The translations under genes and the position numbers were made by a program. DNA of 64,000 nucleotides from Candidatus Saccharibacteria bacterium UBA5170. GTDB lineage: Bacteria; Patescibacteriota; Saccharimonadia; Saccharimonadales; Saccharimonadaceae. How positions within the stretch are numbered: the first letter of the stretch is position 1; each line of letters begins with the position of its first letter. The notes beneath the pieces are model-generated. The model did no database searches. It saw only the letters and a list, made by a program, of their open reading frames with translations, and was not told the origin of the DNA. Location: contig DHWY01000003.1 in the NCBI GenBank assembly GCA_002413425.1, positions 17,693-81,692 of the forward strand. Reading direction: 5' to 3'. This document shows positions 63,220 to 64,000 of this stretch, in pieces.

Positions 63220-64000
63220 CTTAACTTGGCCGCCGCCACTCGAATCGCTTCGCTCCAGCTTAGAAAGGCGTGGGGGGTTTGGGCAATATCGTCGGCCGTC
63301 AGTCCGTACTTCACGGCCAGAGCTAGTTCATGAATCATTTCGCTGGCATGAGGGGCAACAATCGTTGCACCCAACACGACGCCTTTTTTATCGGCGATAA
63401 TTTTGACGAAGCCGTCGCGAAAATCAGACGTATTGCTGCGGGCGATACTGTTGAGTGGGGCGATTGCCTTGTTCATTGCCAGGTCGCGCTTTAAGCAGTC
63501 GTCTTCGCTGAGTCCAACGTGGGCAATCCCAGGATAGGTGAATATAATCCCGGGAGTCGCGGTATAATCTGGTATGGCTTTTGTTTTATGCAAGATATTA
63601 TTAGCGACAATGCGGCTTTCAAGTAACGCCGTGTGGGTATAACTATCACGTCCCAGGACGTCGCCGGCTGCAAAGATATGCTTGGCACTCGTTTGGAGGT
63701 ACTCATTGACCTCAATGCCCTTTGGGGCGTATTTGACGGTGGCATTTTCAAGGCCCAGGTCGACGTTGGGACTACGACCAGCCGCAATCAGGATTTCATC
63801 GACGCGAATTGATTTTTCTACCCCACCGCGCGAGATTGTCACGCGTTTGCCCAGTCCATCCTTAACAACCGACAATACCCGAGTCTGGGTTAAGGTCGTG
63901 ATACCTTTCTGCTCATGTAAGACCCGTTCCATCAGTGACCCAACTTCAGCGTCCTGGTGAGGTAGCAGACGACTGGCTCGTTCAGCGATGTAGACTTTGG
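63216..64000 (-). CDS. Pyridine nucleotide-disulfide oxidoreductase, class I (dihydrolipoamide dehydrogenase/mercuric reductase-like), 3' part; gene continues past the right window edge
   Basis: The frame stays open upstream of the track's Met to position 64000 (KVYIAERASRLLPHQDAEVGSLMERV...). FAAGDV FAD motif and C-terminal dimerisation domain. Confidence 0.8.
   Translation of the reverse strand, partial: KVYIAERASRLLPHQDAEVGSLMERVLHEQKGITTLTQTRVLSVVKDGLGKRVTISRGGVEKSIRVDEILIAAGRSPNVDLGLENATVKYAPKGIEVNEYLQTSAKHIFAAGDVLGRDSYTHTALLESRIVANNILHKTKAIPDYTATPGIIFTYPGIAHVGLSEDDCLKRDLAMNKAIAPLNSIARSNTSDFRDGFVKIIADKKGVVLGATIVAPHASEMIHELALAVKYGLTADDIAQTPHAFLSWSEAIRVAAAKLS

Overview
Origin-proximal 64 kb of a small bacterial chromosome. 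The left edge carries dnaA (minus strand, running off the window), a DnaA-box cluster, and rpmH-rnpA-yidC-jag.

From about 3.3 to 35.7 kb the window is one very large cell-envelope glycan locus. It holds:
- dTDP-rhamnose genes (rmlA, a fused rmlC-rmlD, rmlB) and glmS
- an initiating phosphoglycosyltransferase and about ten GT2/GT4 glycosyltransferases
- a Wzm/Wzt ABC exporter whose ATPase has a carbohydrate-binding-type tail, coupled to a coiled-coil methyltransferase
- two GtrB-like polyprenyl-phosphate-sugar modules with GtrA, flippase-like and GT-C partners
- an O-antigen-ligase-like protein
- unexpectedly, sucCD

An AT-rich block (about 8.9-20.2 kb) inside this locus looks like a swapped-in module. 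It includes an 818-aa secreted protein with four tandem ~130-aa repeats.

tRNA-Asn at 38.0 kb is followed by a 6.5-kb AT-rich island. Its cargo is unrelated: an AlbA_2/HATPase regulator-like protein, YbjQ, GrpB, and an orphan fused AccD-AccA carboxyltransferase. The island is cut into cassettes by four look-alikes of the tRNA-Asn 3' end, each fused to its own terminator hairpin. No integrase is present. I consider this the most unusual structure in the window.

The right third is mostly housekeeping:
- purA, an IMPase-family gene, an AbrB-like regulator plus MFS pump, DsbA-like, and archaeal-type aspS
- alkA-like, MBL hydrolase, msrA and a cysteine-free MutY-like glycosylase
- a murC-like ligase and an FtsB-like protein
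- a type IV pilin and a partial flavoprotein disulfide reductase
- two CAT-anticodon tRNAs, both with signs of nearby insertion or decay (a truncated ABC ATPase gene and duplicated T-arm fragments)

Many genes have a near-consensus -10 box 6-7 nt upstream of the start codon, so they appear leaderless.

Gene content suggests a Patescibacteria/Saccharibacteria-like genome. The pointers are a Gram-positive-style rhamnan locus, archaeal-type AspRS, a type IV pilin, gene fusions and small genes. This is inference and cannot be verified without a database search.

No CRISPR array, rRNA, transposase or integrase was seen.
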